This document shows positions 21,967 to 32,700 of a DNA stretch of 64,000 nt, one piece after another (within the stretch, counting starts at the first letter, position 1; the number at the start of each line of letters is the position of its first letter). Location: positions 1 to 64,000 of the IMG/VR virus record IMGVR_UViG_3300017991_000056. One strand, written 5' to 3'. The position numbers and the translations under genes were made by a program. Source of the DNA: a virus (taxonomy: Duplodnaviria; Caudoviricetes). The notes under the pieces are model-generated. The model made no database searches, was not told where the DNA came from, and saw nothing but the letters and a program-made list of their open reading frames with translations.

Positions 21967-23070
21967 ATGAACCTGACTGAGATCTTGAAGGACGCCTCGC
22001 TCCAGAATCACTCGTGGATGGCCGACGGCCTCACGAGGCCCGGCGAGTTCACGTTCGACCCGGAGGCGCACGACGTTAAGAACCCCAACAACACCAAGCC
22101 CGAGCTGGAGATGGAATGGGGGTATGGCGGCATGGAGCCGATATTCATGGAGGACCCGTCCGCCGGAGAGGTGCGGAGAAACTTGCCGCCCGACGCCGTC
22201 GAGGATGCCGGGGAGGTCATCCGCTTCGCCCGTGACATGATGAATCGCGGACACTCCAGGGAGTTCGTGGCGAAGGCGATCACGTCCTCGTTCCCGATGA
22301 GGACCCTGGCGCGGGCGACTGACGAGCTCAGAAGCCTTTTCTCGCTTGACGGCATCGTGGGAAGGATCGCCGTGGACGCCCGAGGCTATGACAGCTGCAA
22401 GGACGCCCTGAAGGCGGCGGCCAGGTCGCCCTACAAGCGCTTCATCAAGTACGTGATCGGCTGCGACTGCGGCGACCCGCAGATGATCCACGACCATCGC
22501 GACGGAGGCCTGGTGGCCTCGGACGATGTGGGGTTTGACGGTTTTCTGAAGGAGGACGAGAGGCGTCCGTACGAGGCGAGTCTCCGGCCGCATTGCCGGT
22601 CGACCATGCTCCCGATCCTGGCCGGGATGGGGGACCTTGACGAGTCCGAGATGGACAGCACGCTCATTGATCTCATGAACCTGACGAACCTTCCGGAGTC
22701 GATCGTGGAGGAGGATGCCGGGAGGACGCCGCTGGCGAGGGTCCGTGACGCCTTCAGGGCCATCGACAGGATGGCGGCGAAGGCGCGGGCTGCCGCCTAC
22801 GACGAGCAGCCGGACGCGTCGGAGTTCGTGGTCCGGATGGCTGACAACGAGGTCGAGATCGACGCGCCGGCGCGGCCCCCCATCGAGCTGGATGACACGA
22901 GGGCGGCGAAGGTGGAGCTGGACGTGATCGAGTTCGAGGGCATCGACGTCGACATGGCGCAGGGGATGCCCGGCATCTTCGCCGGCGTGGACGAGATCAG
23001 CCTTGATGACGTCGTGGAGCCGGTTTCGGCGCTCGACGTCGACACGAGGTACCAGATGGTGGTGGAATGA
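21967..23070 (+). CDS. Hypothetical acidic protein
   Basis: 367-aa ORF with RBS, translationally coupled to the next gene. Confidence 0.75.
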   Translation: MNLTEILKDASLQNHSWMADGLTRPGEFTFDPEAHDVKNPNNTKPELEMEWGYGGMEPIFMEDPSAGEVRRNLPPDAVEDAGEVIRFARDMMNRGHSREFVAKAITSSFPMRTLARATDELRSLFSLDGIVGRIAVDARGYDSCKDALKAAARSPYKRFIKYVIGCDCGDPQMIHDHRDGGLVASDDVGFDGFLKEDERRPYEASLRPHCRSTMLPILAGMGDLDESEMDSTLIDLMNLTNLPESIVEEDAGRTPLARVRDAFRAIDRMAAKARAAAYDEQPDASEFVVRMADNEVEIDAPARPPIELDDTRAAKVELDVIEFEGIDVDMAQGMPGIFAGVDEISLDDVVEPVSALDVDTRYQMVVE

Positions 23071-23645
23071 GCGACTTCGACGACATGGACGCCCAGGCAG
23101 CCGTCATGACGTCTCCAGCGCGCCAGCCGGGGACGCCGGTGCAGGGTGGCGTGAGCGAGTTCCGGGCCGATCTGGTCAGGAGCTACCACGGCGGCCAGCC
23201 GTCGCTCGTCGGGCGCCTGGAGAAGGATGGCCGGAACGACGTGATGTCCATGGCGGTGGAGCTCCTGAGGGAGATGGTCCAGGAGACGGACCACCTTCTG
23301 GGCAACGAGCTGGTGGCGACGCAGAACGGCGACCTGCGGGACTCGTCGGTCATCTCCTACAAGAGGGCCGAGGTCCTGGAGAAGGCCATCAAGGCGGCGC
23401 ACGCCAGGATGAGGTTCGAGCGGGAGACCAGCGGCTTCGACCTGGACTCCCCGGCGATGATAGTGGTCTTCAGGTTCTTCATGGGCAAGGTCCGGGACGT
23501 CTTCGAGCGCATAGGCGTGGACGCGGAGATGTCCGACATCTTCTTCCGGCAGCTGGGGGAGGAGATGGAGAACTGGAAGAAGGAGCTGCGAGAGCAGGTC
23601 GAGGCGGCCGGCGGCGCTACCGTGGCGCCCGCGAGAGGGGCCTAG
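23067..23645 (+). CDS. Probable terminase small subunit
   Basis: Helical 192-aa ORF immediately upstream of the large terminase (positional inference). Confidence 0.5.
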   Translation: MSDFDDMDAQAAVMTSPARQPGTPVQGGVSEFRADLVRSYHGGQPSLVGRLEKDGRNDVMSMAVELLREMVQETDHLLGNELVATQNGDLRDSSVISYKRAEVLEKAIKAAHARMRFERETSGFDLDSPAMIVVFRFFMGKVRDVFERIGVDAEMSDIFFRQLGEEMENWKKELREQVEAAGGATVAPARGA

Positions 23646-25511
23646 ATGCCGAACAACCTCATAGCCCAGATCGCCAACGAGTTCGTCTCGGGGCCGACCG
23701 AGGATGTCGTCGACATCGTCACCTTCGCGGAGGCGCCCTGGGGGCTGGGGCTCTCCCTGTACCCGGTTCAGAAGTTCATCTTGCGGTGCCTGTACGGGAT
23801 GGCGCTGGATGGAAGCTCCAAGACTATCAAGATCAACGACGTGGTCAACGAGCATCTTCTCTACACCTTCACCGAGAAGCAGTTCCTGAAGTGGCTCTAC
23901 GAGGAGGGGCGCTGCAACACGGACGAGGTCGAGGGCAAGATATTCCAGGAGCTCGTGCTGGTGCTCGGGCGCCGCGGGACAAAATCCAGCCTGGCCTCGG
24001 TCCTCTCCAACTACGAGCTCTACAAGCTGGTTCGGAGGGGTGACCCGTCCGAGTTTTATGGCTTCCCGCGTCAGACGGAGATCGCGATCTTGAACGTCGC
24101 GCCGACCGACGAGCAGTCCGGGATCGTCTTCAACATGATCCAGGCGATGGCGATGCAGTGCCCCTACCTGAGGGACCGCTCGCTCAACCAGACGATGACC
24201 TACTTCAACCTTCAGACCGACGCCGACATGAAGGCGCACGGCAAGCCGAAGGCGAGCCTGGTCTCCATCGCGGGCGGCTGCTCGTCGAATTCCCTCCGCG
24301 GCAGGAACGGGCTGACGGTCATCATGGACGAGATGGCGTTCTTCATCGACAACGGGGGACGCTTCTCCGGCGACGAGGTGTACAAGGCCCTGACGCCGTC
24401 CATCGCCGACTTCAGGCGCGACGGGAAGGTCCTCTGCCTGTCGAGTCCGTATGCCAAGTTCGGAAGGTTCTACGAGCGCTTCGACGAGTCCTTCCAGGAG
24501 CCGGACTACACGCTGATGTTCAAGATGTGGAGCTCGATGGTCAACCCGTCGATCCCGTCTGAGATTCTGAAGGCCGCGAGAAGGCGCGACAGGGTCTCGT
24601 TCATGTGCGAGTACGGCGGGGAGTTCTCCGACCGGGTGACGGCCTGGATCGACGACGAGCACGAGTTCAGGAGGTGCGTGAGCAAGAGGCCGGCCCAGTC
24701 CAGGGGGACCGGGGACGTGGAATACTTCTACGGCGTCGATCTCGGCTTCCGGAACGACGGGACGGCCATCGCGATCGTCCATCGGGAAGGGCAGAGGATC
24801 GTCCTGGACTACGCCGACGTCTGGTTCTCGGGCTCCTCCGACGTGTGGGAGTTCGACAACTCGATCTACTCCGGGTGCAACAAGTACGCCAAGCACGAGC
24901 TTCTCAGGATGGCCGACATCGTCGAGGAGCTCAAGTGCCTGGCCAGGTGGTTCCCGCCGAAGGCCGGGGTCTTCGACCAGTCCAACGGCTACGGCCTCGC
25001 CGAGCTGCTCGGGAAGGCGAAGCTGACGAGCCTGGAGATGAAGCATTTCACGGACGCCCTGAACGACGAGGTGTACCGGCTCGTGAAGCACCTCTACGCC
25101 GGGAGGCTCGTGGAGATGTTCGACCATCCGGTTCTGATCCCCGAGATGCTGGCGCTGGAGGCGGAGAGGAAGAGCGGCCTCAACAACAGGATGGTTGCCG
25201 GGTCCGAGGTGAGGGGCAAGGTGATGGTCCAGGCTCCGAACAGGAGGGGCGCGCACGACGACATTTCGGATGCCTACGTGAGGGCGGTGTGGTCTTGCCA
25301 CAACCACACCCACGGGAAGCCGCAGAACGTGGCGGTCGGGGCTGGCGGGCGTCTTGGGGCGCACGGGGATGTCAGGATTCCCGGGCAGCCGTTCGCCAGG
25401 CAGGAGAGCCAGGCTTCCTTCATGATGCGCAAGGTCAAGATGCACGGCGCCCATCCGAGAGGACTTCACAAGATCAAGAGGCAGCGTGGGCCAGTCCGGA
25501 ACATGAGGTGA
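23646..25511 (+). CDS. terL: Terminase large subunit
   Basis: Walker A LGRRGTKS, Walker B VIMDEMAFF, coupling motif LSSP, nuclease motifs YGVDLG..D and HDDISDA. Confidence 0.92.
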   Translation: MPNNLIAQIANEFVSGPTEDVVDIVTFAEAPWGLGLSLYPVQKFILRCLYGMALDGSSKTIKINDVVNEHLLYTFTEKQFLKWLYEEGRCNTDEVEGKIFQELVLVLGRRGTKSSLASVLSNYELYKLVRRGDPSEFYGFPRQTEIAILNVAPTDEQSGIVFNMIQAMAMQCPYLRDRSLNQTMTYFNLQTDADMKAHGKPKASLVSIAGGCSSNSLRGRNGLTVIMDEMAFFIDNGGRFSGDEVYKALTPSIADFRRDGKVLCLSSPYAKFGRFYERFDESFQEPDYTLMFKMWSSMVNPSIPSEILKAARRRDRVSFMCEYGGEFSDRVTAWIDDEHEFRRCVSKRPAQSRGTGDVEYFYGVDLGFRNDGTAIAIVHREGQRIVLDYADVWFSGSSDVWEFDNSIYSGCNKYAKHELLRMADIVEELKCLARWFPPKAGVFDQSNGYGLAELLGKAKLTSLEMKHFTDALNDEVYRLVKHLYAGRLVEMFDHPVLIPEMLALEAERKSGLNNRMVAGSEVRGKVMVQAPNRRGAHDDISDAYVRAVWSCHNHTHGKPQNVAVGAGGRLGAHGDVRIPGQPFARQESQASFMMRKVKMHGAHPRGLHKIKRQRGPVRNMR

Positions 25512-25512
25512 C

Positions 25513-26610
25513 GTGTTGCCGAAGCCGATGACCAAGGAAGAGCAGACGCGTCGCCGGAAGAAGACCGACTCGGTCAGGAGGCTGGCCCAGAAGATATTGG
25601 GTCTCCGCCAGAAGGTGACGAGGGACCTGAAGTCTGACGACGAGAAGACTCGCCTGACGGCTCTCGCCGTGGCGCTCATGGACAAGACGGCCGAGAGGGT
25701 CGGGAACGAGGCGTCGGCCAGGGACGGCCACGTCGGCGTCACCGGGTTCAAGAAGAGCCATGTCGAGGTCGACGGCAACACGGTCAGCCTGAAGTACACG
25801 GGAAAGTCGGGCGTGAAGCAGGAGAAGCAGTTCTCGGACGAGGCCGTGGCGAAGGTCGTCAAGGAGTGCCTGAGGAACTGCAAGGGCGACTCGCCGATCC
25901 TCGTGACGTCGGACGGCTTCAAGGTGAGGGCCGACAAGGTCAACCGGTACCTCAAGGAGTTCGAGGTCACGGCGAAGGACATCCGGGGCCACGCGGCCAA
26001 CGACCTGGTCGTGAGGCTCCTGAGGGGCTCCATGGTCCCGTCGGACCCGGACGAGCGGAAGAAGAAGTTCCGCGAGGTGATGAAGACGGTGGCCGAGAAG
26101 GTCGGGCATCAGCAGGCGACGCTGAAGAGGCACTACTTGCTGCCGGGCTTCGAGGAGCAGTATGTCGGGAAGGGCACCGTGCCCTCCGTGAAGGAGGCGT
26201 CGGTGTCCCAGGTGGTGCTCGAGAGGCTTTTGTCCGTCAGGGTGGCGCGGGGTCTCCTGCGGGGGCGGATGGAGGAGATGGTTGCCGACCTGGTCGGCGA
26301 AATATCCGGCAAGGTCGACAGGGCGTGCAGGGAGGTGGTCGGGCGCGAGTCCGAGATGCCGGACGAGATCGACGTCGAGATCGACGGGGTGCCGACAGGC
26401 AAGGTAGCCCAGTTCGTGCCGCCGGGCTCGGGACCCGCGGTGCTGCGGGTGAGCTCGAAGCTGTTCGACGAGCCCGGCAAGGTCAGGATAGCCGTGACGC
26501 ACGAGCTCTGTCACGCGGCGCTCGGGCATGAGAGGAACGCGGGCTCGCATGACGAGGAGTTCCAGAAGCTGGCGCGGGCAATGGGCGTGCCGGAGAGGAT
26601 GAGGGACTGA
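25513..26610 (+). CDS. DNA topoisomerase IB catalytic domain fused to a SprT-like HExxH metalloprotease
   Basis: RVGNE, Y.GKSG, VNRYL, TAKDIR, VGH..AT.KRHY (R-K-R-H-Y pentad); C-terminal THELCH..SHDEEFQK. Confidence 0.85.
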   Translation: MLPKPMTKEEQTRRRKKTDSVRRLAQKILGLRQKVTRDLKSDDEKTRLTALAVALMDKTAERVGNEASARDGHVGVTGFKKSHVEVDGNTVSLKYTGKSGVKQEKQFSDEAVAKVVKECLRNCKGDSPILVTSDGFKVRADKVNRYLKEFEVTAKDIRGHAANDLVVRLLRGSMVPSDPDERKKKFREVMKTVAEKVGHQQATLKRHYLLPGFEEQYVGKGTVPSVKEASVSQVVLERLLSVRVARGLLRGRMEEMVADLVGEISGKVDRACREVVGRESEMPDEIDVEIDGVPTGKVAQFVPPGSGPAVLRVSSKLFDEPGKVRIAVTHELCHAALGHERNAGSHDEEFQKLARAMGVPERMRD

Positions 26611-26611
26611 C

Positions 26612-27226
26612 GTGGGCGACCAGGTATACAAGCTGAAGGATGGCGAGGAGGTTCCTGTCGAGCCGGCTGACAGCCTTGTCGCCACTGGCTGGCTTCAGGG
26701 CACGTGGGTCCGGTACGCGTCCGGCGCCCCGACCTTCTCGCCAGGCGTCATCGGCGTGGTGGAGAGGTCCGACGGCGAGGGTGTCATGTGCGGGTTCCTG
26801 ATCCGGGGCCCGCAGCACGTGACGCCGATGCAGCGGCTCAGCGACATGTGGGACGCGGACATCCTCCAGCGCCCGGGCGGCGACAGCGTCTCGGACTGGA
26901 CGGCCCACGATCCGGGAGGGCCGCTCCACTTCGACAACGAGAAGCAGCTCCAGAGGCTGGGCAGCCGGGTGGTGACGATGTACGTGCCTCCGACCGGCTA
27001 TTTCAGATGGTACACGTTCGAGACCGAGGACCTGGCGGAGAGGACGACCCCGGGCACCGGGGCGCCGCTGGTCTATGTGCCGAACGACAAGCTGTACGTG
27101 AGCGACCAGGGCCTTCTGACGAACGAGCAGGAGGGCGTGGCGCATGCGTGGACGGGATACGTGGTGGCCAGGGCGACCTCCGACCAGGAGGGCAGCTTCC
27201 TGGTTGTCACGGCGGCTGTCGGATGA
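26612..27226 (+). CDS. Capsid decoration-protein paralogue
   Basis: FET..LVYVPNDKLYVSDQGLLTNE aligns with YET..LTYSVGDLLYCSAQGFLTNE of 51482..51976. Confidence 0.6.
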   Translation: MGDQVYKLKDGEEVPVEPADSLVATGWLQGTWVRYASGAPTFSPGVIGVVERSDGEGVMCGFLIRGPQHVTPMQRLSDMWDADILQRPGGDSVSDWTAHDPGGPLHFDNEKQLQRLGSRVVTMYVPPTGYFRWYTFETEDLAERTTPGTGAPLVYVPNDKLYVSDQGLLTNEQEGVAHAWTGYVVARATSDQEGSFLVVTAAVG

Positions 27227-27256
27227 TGGTCGTTGCAACCCAGAAGGGTTGAGATT

Positions 27257-27787
27257 ATGGATGCGAGTTTGCTTGAGAGCGCGAGGGCGGCCGAGGAGTC
27301 GCTGAGGAGGCGGGAGATCGAGGGCGTCGTCGAGGGCGTGCCGGAGGACCACCCGCTGAAGGATGCGATGCGGAAGAACCGGCTCCGGGCGCAGGACCTT
27401 GAGGGACTGCCGGAGGGCCATCCGCTCCTGGCTGCCTTGGCGGCGGCCAAGGAGCGTCACGATCTCGGCGAGGCCATGGGGCGGGAGCAGGTTCGGACGT
27501 CCGAGGTCCATAAGGCGAGGAAGATAGAGCGTCGCGAGGCCAGGGAGCGTGAGAGGGCGACTGAGCGAGAGGGCAGAAGGATGGCGGCCGACGCGGCCGA
27601 GGTGGTGAATCGGAGCCTGGACAGGGCGACGGAGGCAGTCAAGGTCCTGGTGGGGGCCTTGGAGGAAGGAGCGGGACCGTTGTCGGCCATGCCGGAGTCT
27701 AGGGTCAAGATCAGGCGACTGGAGAGGTTGGCGAACGCCGCATTGTCGGGGTTCGCCTCTTCCCGCGTCAGGGTTAGGAGGACTTGA
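27257..27787 (+). CDS. Hypothetical coiled-coil protein
   Basis: ORF between the decoration paralogue and the portal; duplicated (V/L)PE(D/G)HPL motif. Confidence 0.6.
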   Translation: MDASLLESARAAEESLRRREIEGVVEGVPEDHPLKDAMRKNRLRAQDLEGLPEGHPLLAALAAAKERHDLGEAMGREQVRTSEVHKARKIERREARERERATEREGRRMAADAAEVVNRSLDRATEAVKVLVGALEEGAGPLSAMPESRVKIRRLERLANAALSGFASSRVRVRRT

Positions 27788-27789
27788 CC

Positions 27790-29754
27790 ATGGCCCGTGG
27801 GCAGATAGTGAGAACTCCGGTGAGGGACGCGGATATCAGAAGCCTGTCCGGGAACGGGTTCAGGGGCGGCGTGAGGCGCCCGGCCGTGACCACCGGGAAG
27901 GCTGATCCGATGAAGGCGAGGATGGCGAAGGTGGCCACGGGCACGGCCATGGGCGGCAGCATGTTCAGGAACGCCGGGATGCTGGTGGACTTGACGCCGA
28001 ACAGGCCGTACACGTCCGGGTACGCCCTGGAGGCCTACCGGACGTCCTACGCCAACGGCCTCTCGGACATGTCGGGGACCTTCGACGTCCCGACCTACTT
28101 CGTTCAGATGAACGAGCAGAACGGCGGGATGATCTACTGGCCCGTGACCCTTAGGGAGAAGTACCAGTGGTATAGATACTGGACTAGGAGCGATGCCTAC
28201 GTGGGCCGCGCGCTGGAGATGCTCGCGGACCTTCCGATGAGCAAGCTCACGCTGAACATCCCCAAGCACGTCCCTGAGGACCGGCGCGAGGAGATGAAGG
28301 ACTTCTTCACCTACCAGCTGGAGGTGGTCAGGGGCTTCGAGCTCTGCCAGAGCATCCTGTGGGAGCTCAACATGATCGGGAACTGCCATCTCTTCCACGA
28401 ATGGAACGATGTCAGGAAGATGTGGAAGAAGGTGGTCATGCTGCCGCCCGAGGAGGTCTACGTCTTCCAGTACCCGTTTTCCGACACGAAGCGGGTCGAG
28501 TACAGGCCGGAGAGGCTCATCTCGCTGATCGAGGGGGAGCGCGGCCATGGCGGCGTCTCGGCCTCCTCGCTTCCGGGCTCGTCGTCGAAGTGCGACAACG
28601 CGGACCTGGACCAGAAGATCGTCGAGAACATCCCCGAGGAGATCGTCGAGATGGTCAAGAACGAGGGGTGCATCGTCATGGACAGCGATCCCATGACCGG
28701 CTCCTTCGTCCACACGATCTCCCGGCGCCGCTCGCCGTACCTCGATCTCGGGTCGTCCGTCCTGGAGCGCGTGCTGGTGCCGATGCTCCAGAAGGAGCAC
28801 TTCCGGTACACCCAGCTCAGCCTGGCGAGCCGGAACATGACGCCGAAGAACCTCATCACCGCCCCGGGCCTGACGCCGGAGCAGGTCGACGAGCTCAGGA
28901 CGCAGGTCGACCTGTCCTTCATGGACCCGGAGTACAGCATCATAACCAACTACGACGTGACGTGGGAGCAGATCGGCGCCCAGGACCGGCTGCTGGACCT
29001 GGACAGGGAGTACGAGAGGATCGAGAACCAGGTCTTCGCGGCGCTCGGGGTGACGAGGGAGCTCCTGACGGGGGAGACCACGTTCTCGGGGAGCAAGATC
29101 ACGGTCGAGATCCTGAACAGCATGTTCCTGCTGACGCGGGAGATACTGACCGACTACATCGAGCGGCAGCTGTTCGTGCCGATCTGCGAGAGGCGGGGAT
29201 GGTTCACGGAGGACAAGAACGGGGTGAAGAAGTATTGGCACCCGCGCGTGGGCTTCAACCGTCTCACGATCCGGGACAATGCCGAGGTCTTCGACAGCCT
29301 GTTCCAGCTCTACCAGAAGGGCAGCCTCGACGTCGATGTCATCCTGGAGCTGTTCAACATCGACAGCGAGGAGCAGGCGGTGAAGCTCAAGGGGCAGTTG
29401 TTCACGGTCAAGGACGCCAACTTCAACAGGCTCGTCGAGGAGGTGTGCAGCGACGTCGGGCGCAATCTCGTGGAGAACAGCAACGTGGCCGAGAAGATCG
29501 CCACGTACCTGGGGCTGGAGTTCGACGGGCCGGCGGAGGACGAGGGTGGTTTCGGCGGCGGTTTCGGGGGAGACGACCAGCAGTCGTTCGGCGAGTCCGG
29601 CGGTGCCGGAGGGGCCGAGGCTGACGCGCAGCCGGCGGAGGAGCCGGGCGGGGAGGGCGGCAGGTCGACCGACGACATGGCCGTGGCCATAGCGGACGCG
29701 TTGCCGGAAGGCGTGGACGAGGAAGATGTCAGGAGCGTCGTGGAGGCGCTTTGA
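27790..29754 (+). CDS. Portal protein
   Basis: ~650-aa ORF downstream of terL; ..YVGRALEMLADLPMSK..ELNMIGN..AALGVTRELLTGE..Y IERQLF.PIC pattern of large-phage portals; acidic Gly-rich tail. Confidence 0.8.
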   Translation: MARGQIVRTPVRDADIRSLSGNGFRGGVRRPAVTTGKADPMKARMAKVATGTAMGGSMFRNAGMLVDLTPNRPYTSGYALEAYRTSYANGLSDMSGTFDVPTYFVQMNEQNGGMIYWPVTLREKYQWYRYWTRSDAYVGRALEMLADLPMSKLTLNIPKHVPEDRREEMKDFFTYQLEVVRGFELCQSILWELNMIGNCHLFHEWNDVRKMWKKVVMLPPEEVYVFQYPFSDTKRVEYRPERLISLIEGERGHGGVSASSLPGSSSKCDNADLDQKIVENIPEEIVEMVKNEGCIVMDSDPMTGSFVHTISRRRSPYLDLGSSVLERVLVPMLQKEHFRYTQLSLASRNMTPKNLITAPGLTPEQVDELRTQVDLSFMDPEYSIITNYDVTWEQIGAQDRLLDLDREYERIENQVFAALGVTRELLTGETTFSGSKITVEILNSMFLLTREILTDYIERQLFVPICERRGWFTEDKNGVKKYWHPRVGFNRLTIRDNAEVFDSLFQLYQKGSLDVDVILELFNIDSEEQAVKLKGQLFTVKDANFNRLVEEVCSDVGRNLVENSNVAEKIATYLGLEFDGPAEDEGGFGGGFGGDDQQSFGESGGAGGAEADAQPAEEPGGEGGRSTDDMAVAIADALPEGVDEEDVRSVVEAL

Positions 29755-29766
29755 CGGGAGACGGAA

Positions 29767-32700
29767 ATGGATTTCGAGGTGGTCAGGAACAGCGTGGCGA
29801 GAGGTTTCGGGGTGGTCCTTCGCGTGGCGAAGGATTTCAAGACCCAGAACGCCTTGGACGAGTACCTGAAGAGCCATCCTGGCGCCAAGAGGACCGACCA
29901 CGGGGTGGTCTCCCCCGCCGAGCGCGACTTCCAGAAGAAGGAGCAGCGCGAGCGCGAGCAGGACGACCGCGCCTCCGCCGGCGCCGAGACGAGGAAGGAT
30001 GACGAGAAGAAGCAGGAAGGTGGCGCCCCGGCAGGGGAGCGGGGCGACGCCGAGCCGCGGCAGCCGCAGCGGGGCGACCCGTCGCAGCCGGAGGACGTCG
30101 GGGAAGGGATGATAGTCCTTCTGGACCAGGAGCCGGGCTCGAAGGAGGCTCGCGTGGCGGAAGCCTTCTTGGCGTCCGCGAGGATGGCGGCGCAGTGGGA
30201 GCCCGTGCGTGGCAACCCGAACCGTCAGCGCAGGCGCAAGCCTGGTGGCGGATACGCCTATCGTGACAAGCCGGCCGACGACCAGGGGAAGGCCAGGGAC
30301 GAGACGGGTCCGGCCAAGGGCCCGGCCAAGGACGGGGCTCCGGCGCCCGCCAAGGGCGCGCCGATGGAGGTGAGGCTGAAGCAGGTCCTGGGCGAGGACC
30401 CGGGCGACGGGTGGGGGCAGCATCCCATCGCCGAGCATCAGTTGACGCACGGGGTCCAGGTCAGGTTTCCGGACGGGAGCTCCAAGAAGTACGGGGAGCT
30501 GTCCGACGACGAGAAGGCCAGGGTCCAGAAGGCCCTGGCAGACGGCAATGCGGCGACCAGGGGGATGAACGACTACTCCAAGGTGGACGTCGAGACCCTG
30601 AAGGCCAACATGGCCCGGAACCTGGGCTTCTACGACTCGGGCTCGGAGGAGAAGGCCAACTCGGACGCGTCGCCTGTGACGAAGGAGAACGCGAAGCAGG
30701 TGGCGGACTCCATCAGGGAGAATGCCAAGAGCGTGCTGGAGAAGTATTCGAAGGCCATGTCGAGCGTGTCGAGGCCGATGGCCGAGGCCTATGTCGACGA
30801 CATGGCCTCCGCCGTGGAGGAGGCGGCCAGGGACGGCTCGTTGGGCGACGTGTCCCAGGCCGACGTCGACGCGTTGGTTCGCGAGGACGTGAGGAGGATG
30901 CTGCACCAGGAGGTCGAGACCAGGCGCCGGTCGCTTGGGGACCACGGCATCCGGCACGCGACGACCAACGCGGCGAACACGGAGGCGATGCTGGGGGAGC
31001 TCCAGAAGGCCGGGCTGCCGGTCACGGGCAAGGACAAGCTGATGGCCATGACGATCCAGGCCAACCACGACGTCGGGTACACGGTCGGCGACCCGGCCAC
31101 AGGCTTCAAGGGGAGCCACAAGGACAACTCCGAGGAGCTCTTCAACCAGGAGAGGGGCAGGTTCGACAAGGTCTTCGGGGCCGATTCCATGGACGACATG
31201 GCGAAGATCATCAAGACGCACGACGCGAACGACGTGGACTGGGACAAGGACCCGGTCGGGTCGGCGGTCAGGCTCTCCGACTCGACGGCTCTCTTCGGGC
31301 AGGAGAAGGTCCAGGAGCTGTTCGTCCGGCAGCCGAGGACCATGGAGCTGGCCTGCAAGCTGAGGCTGGCGGCGGAGGCGGACCCGGGGAACGACCAGCT
31401 GATCGAGTCGATCAAGAAGCAGATGCACCAGGCCGTGGAGGACGGCGACTTCGACGAGGTCGACAAGAAGCTCCTGAACGACCAGGTGAGCGAGATGGGG
31501 GAGAAGGGGTTCAGCGCCTCGAAGGACATCCTGTCGAGGTTCAGCGGCCGCATCGACGACTTCAGCTTCGACAAGGATCGGAAGGTCATGACGGTGGGGA
31601 TGAGATACTCGCCGGAGGGCCAGACCGTCGACATGCTGTTCGGGGACAAGCTGGCGGCAAAGAAGTTCAACAGCTTCATCGAGGACATGGGCGGCAAGCC
31701 GGTGGAGGGGCAGGCCCGTGGCGAGATGGAGTTCGAGAGCAACGGCAAGCCGGCCTTCAGGCTGGAGATGCGCGGCTTCGACGACGATCCGGCGGAGACC
31801 GCCCATACCGAGGCCATGAAGGGGTTCGTGGAAAAGACGGCCAGGGCCGGGTTCAACTCGGCGAAGAGGAGCATCATCCCGCCTCCGGGCATGGTCGAGG
31901 ACGACGTGGACAAGGCCTTCGAGTACGTGAAGAAGGAGAGGGGCAAGTTCAACGACGCGGAATGGGCCTCCATGGAGAAGCTGTTCAAGGACGGGCGAGG
32001 AAATCCCGCGTCCATCGTCGAGGCGCTCGGTAAGTGGCCCCTGCTGGAGTCGGAGAAGGCGTATCTCGGGACGTCCGGGGCCGCGCCGTCCGGAGGTGCT
32101 GGCGACGTGTCTGGAAAGGCCGACGACCTGATGGGCAGGATCAAGGAGTTCGAGGGAGAGGACAAGGACCGGGTCGTCAAGCTGGTCGAGCGGCTCGAAG
32201 CTGTGAAGGACAAAATGATGGGCAAGGCGGCGTCGATTCCGAGACATGCGGCCCGGATGCTCCTGGCGTCCGTGGCGACCAAGGGCGTCTTCAGGCGGCT
32301 GGCGCAGCTCTCCGACGAGGAGAAGGCGGAGGTCGTCAAGAAGGTGATGGAGAAGATTCAGGGTGGCGGGCAGGAGGCAGAGGGAGATGCGCCGGCGGAT
32401 GCCGGAGACGCCAAGGGGCTCGACGCCATGGAGAAGGAGGTCGAGGCCCTGGAGCAGGAGGCCGCTGCGGACGTGGCGCCTCCGGAGGGCGGCGACGAGG
32501 CACCGGAGGCAGACGCGCCAGGGCCAGAGGAAGATGTCCCGGAGGCAGATGCTCCGGCCATGTCCGACGACGACGGGGAGGGTGGCCTCCTGAAGGTCGT
32601 CGAGGACCTGGCTGCCGAGGTTGAGCAGATCAGGTCCGACGGCAGGGTCGATCCCTCCGAGGTGCTCGGCCTGTTCGACAACATGATGCAGATGGTGACG

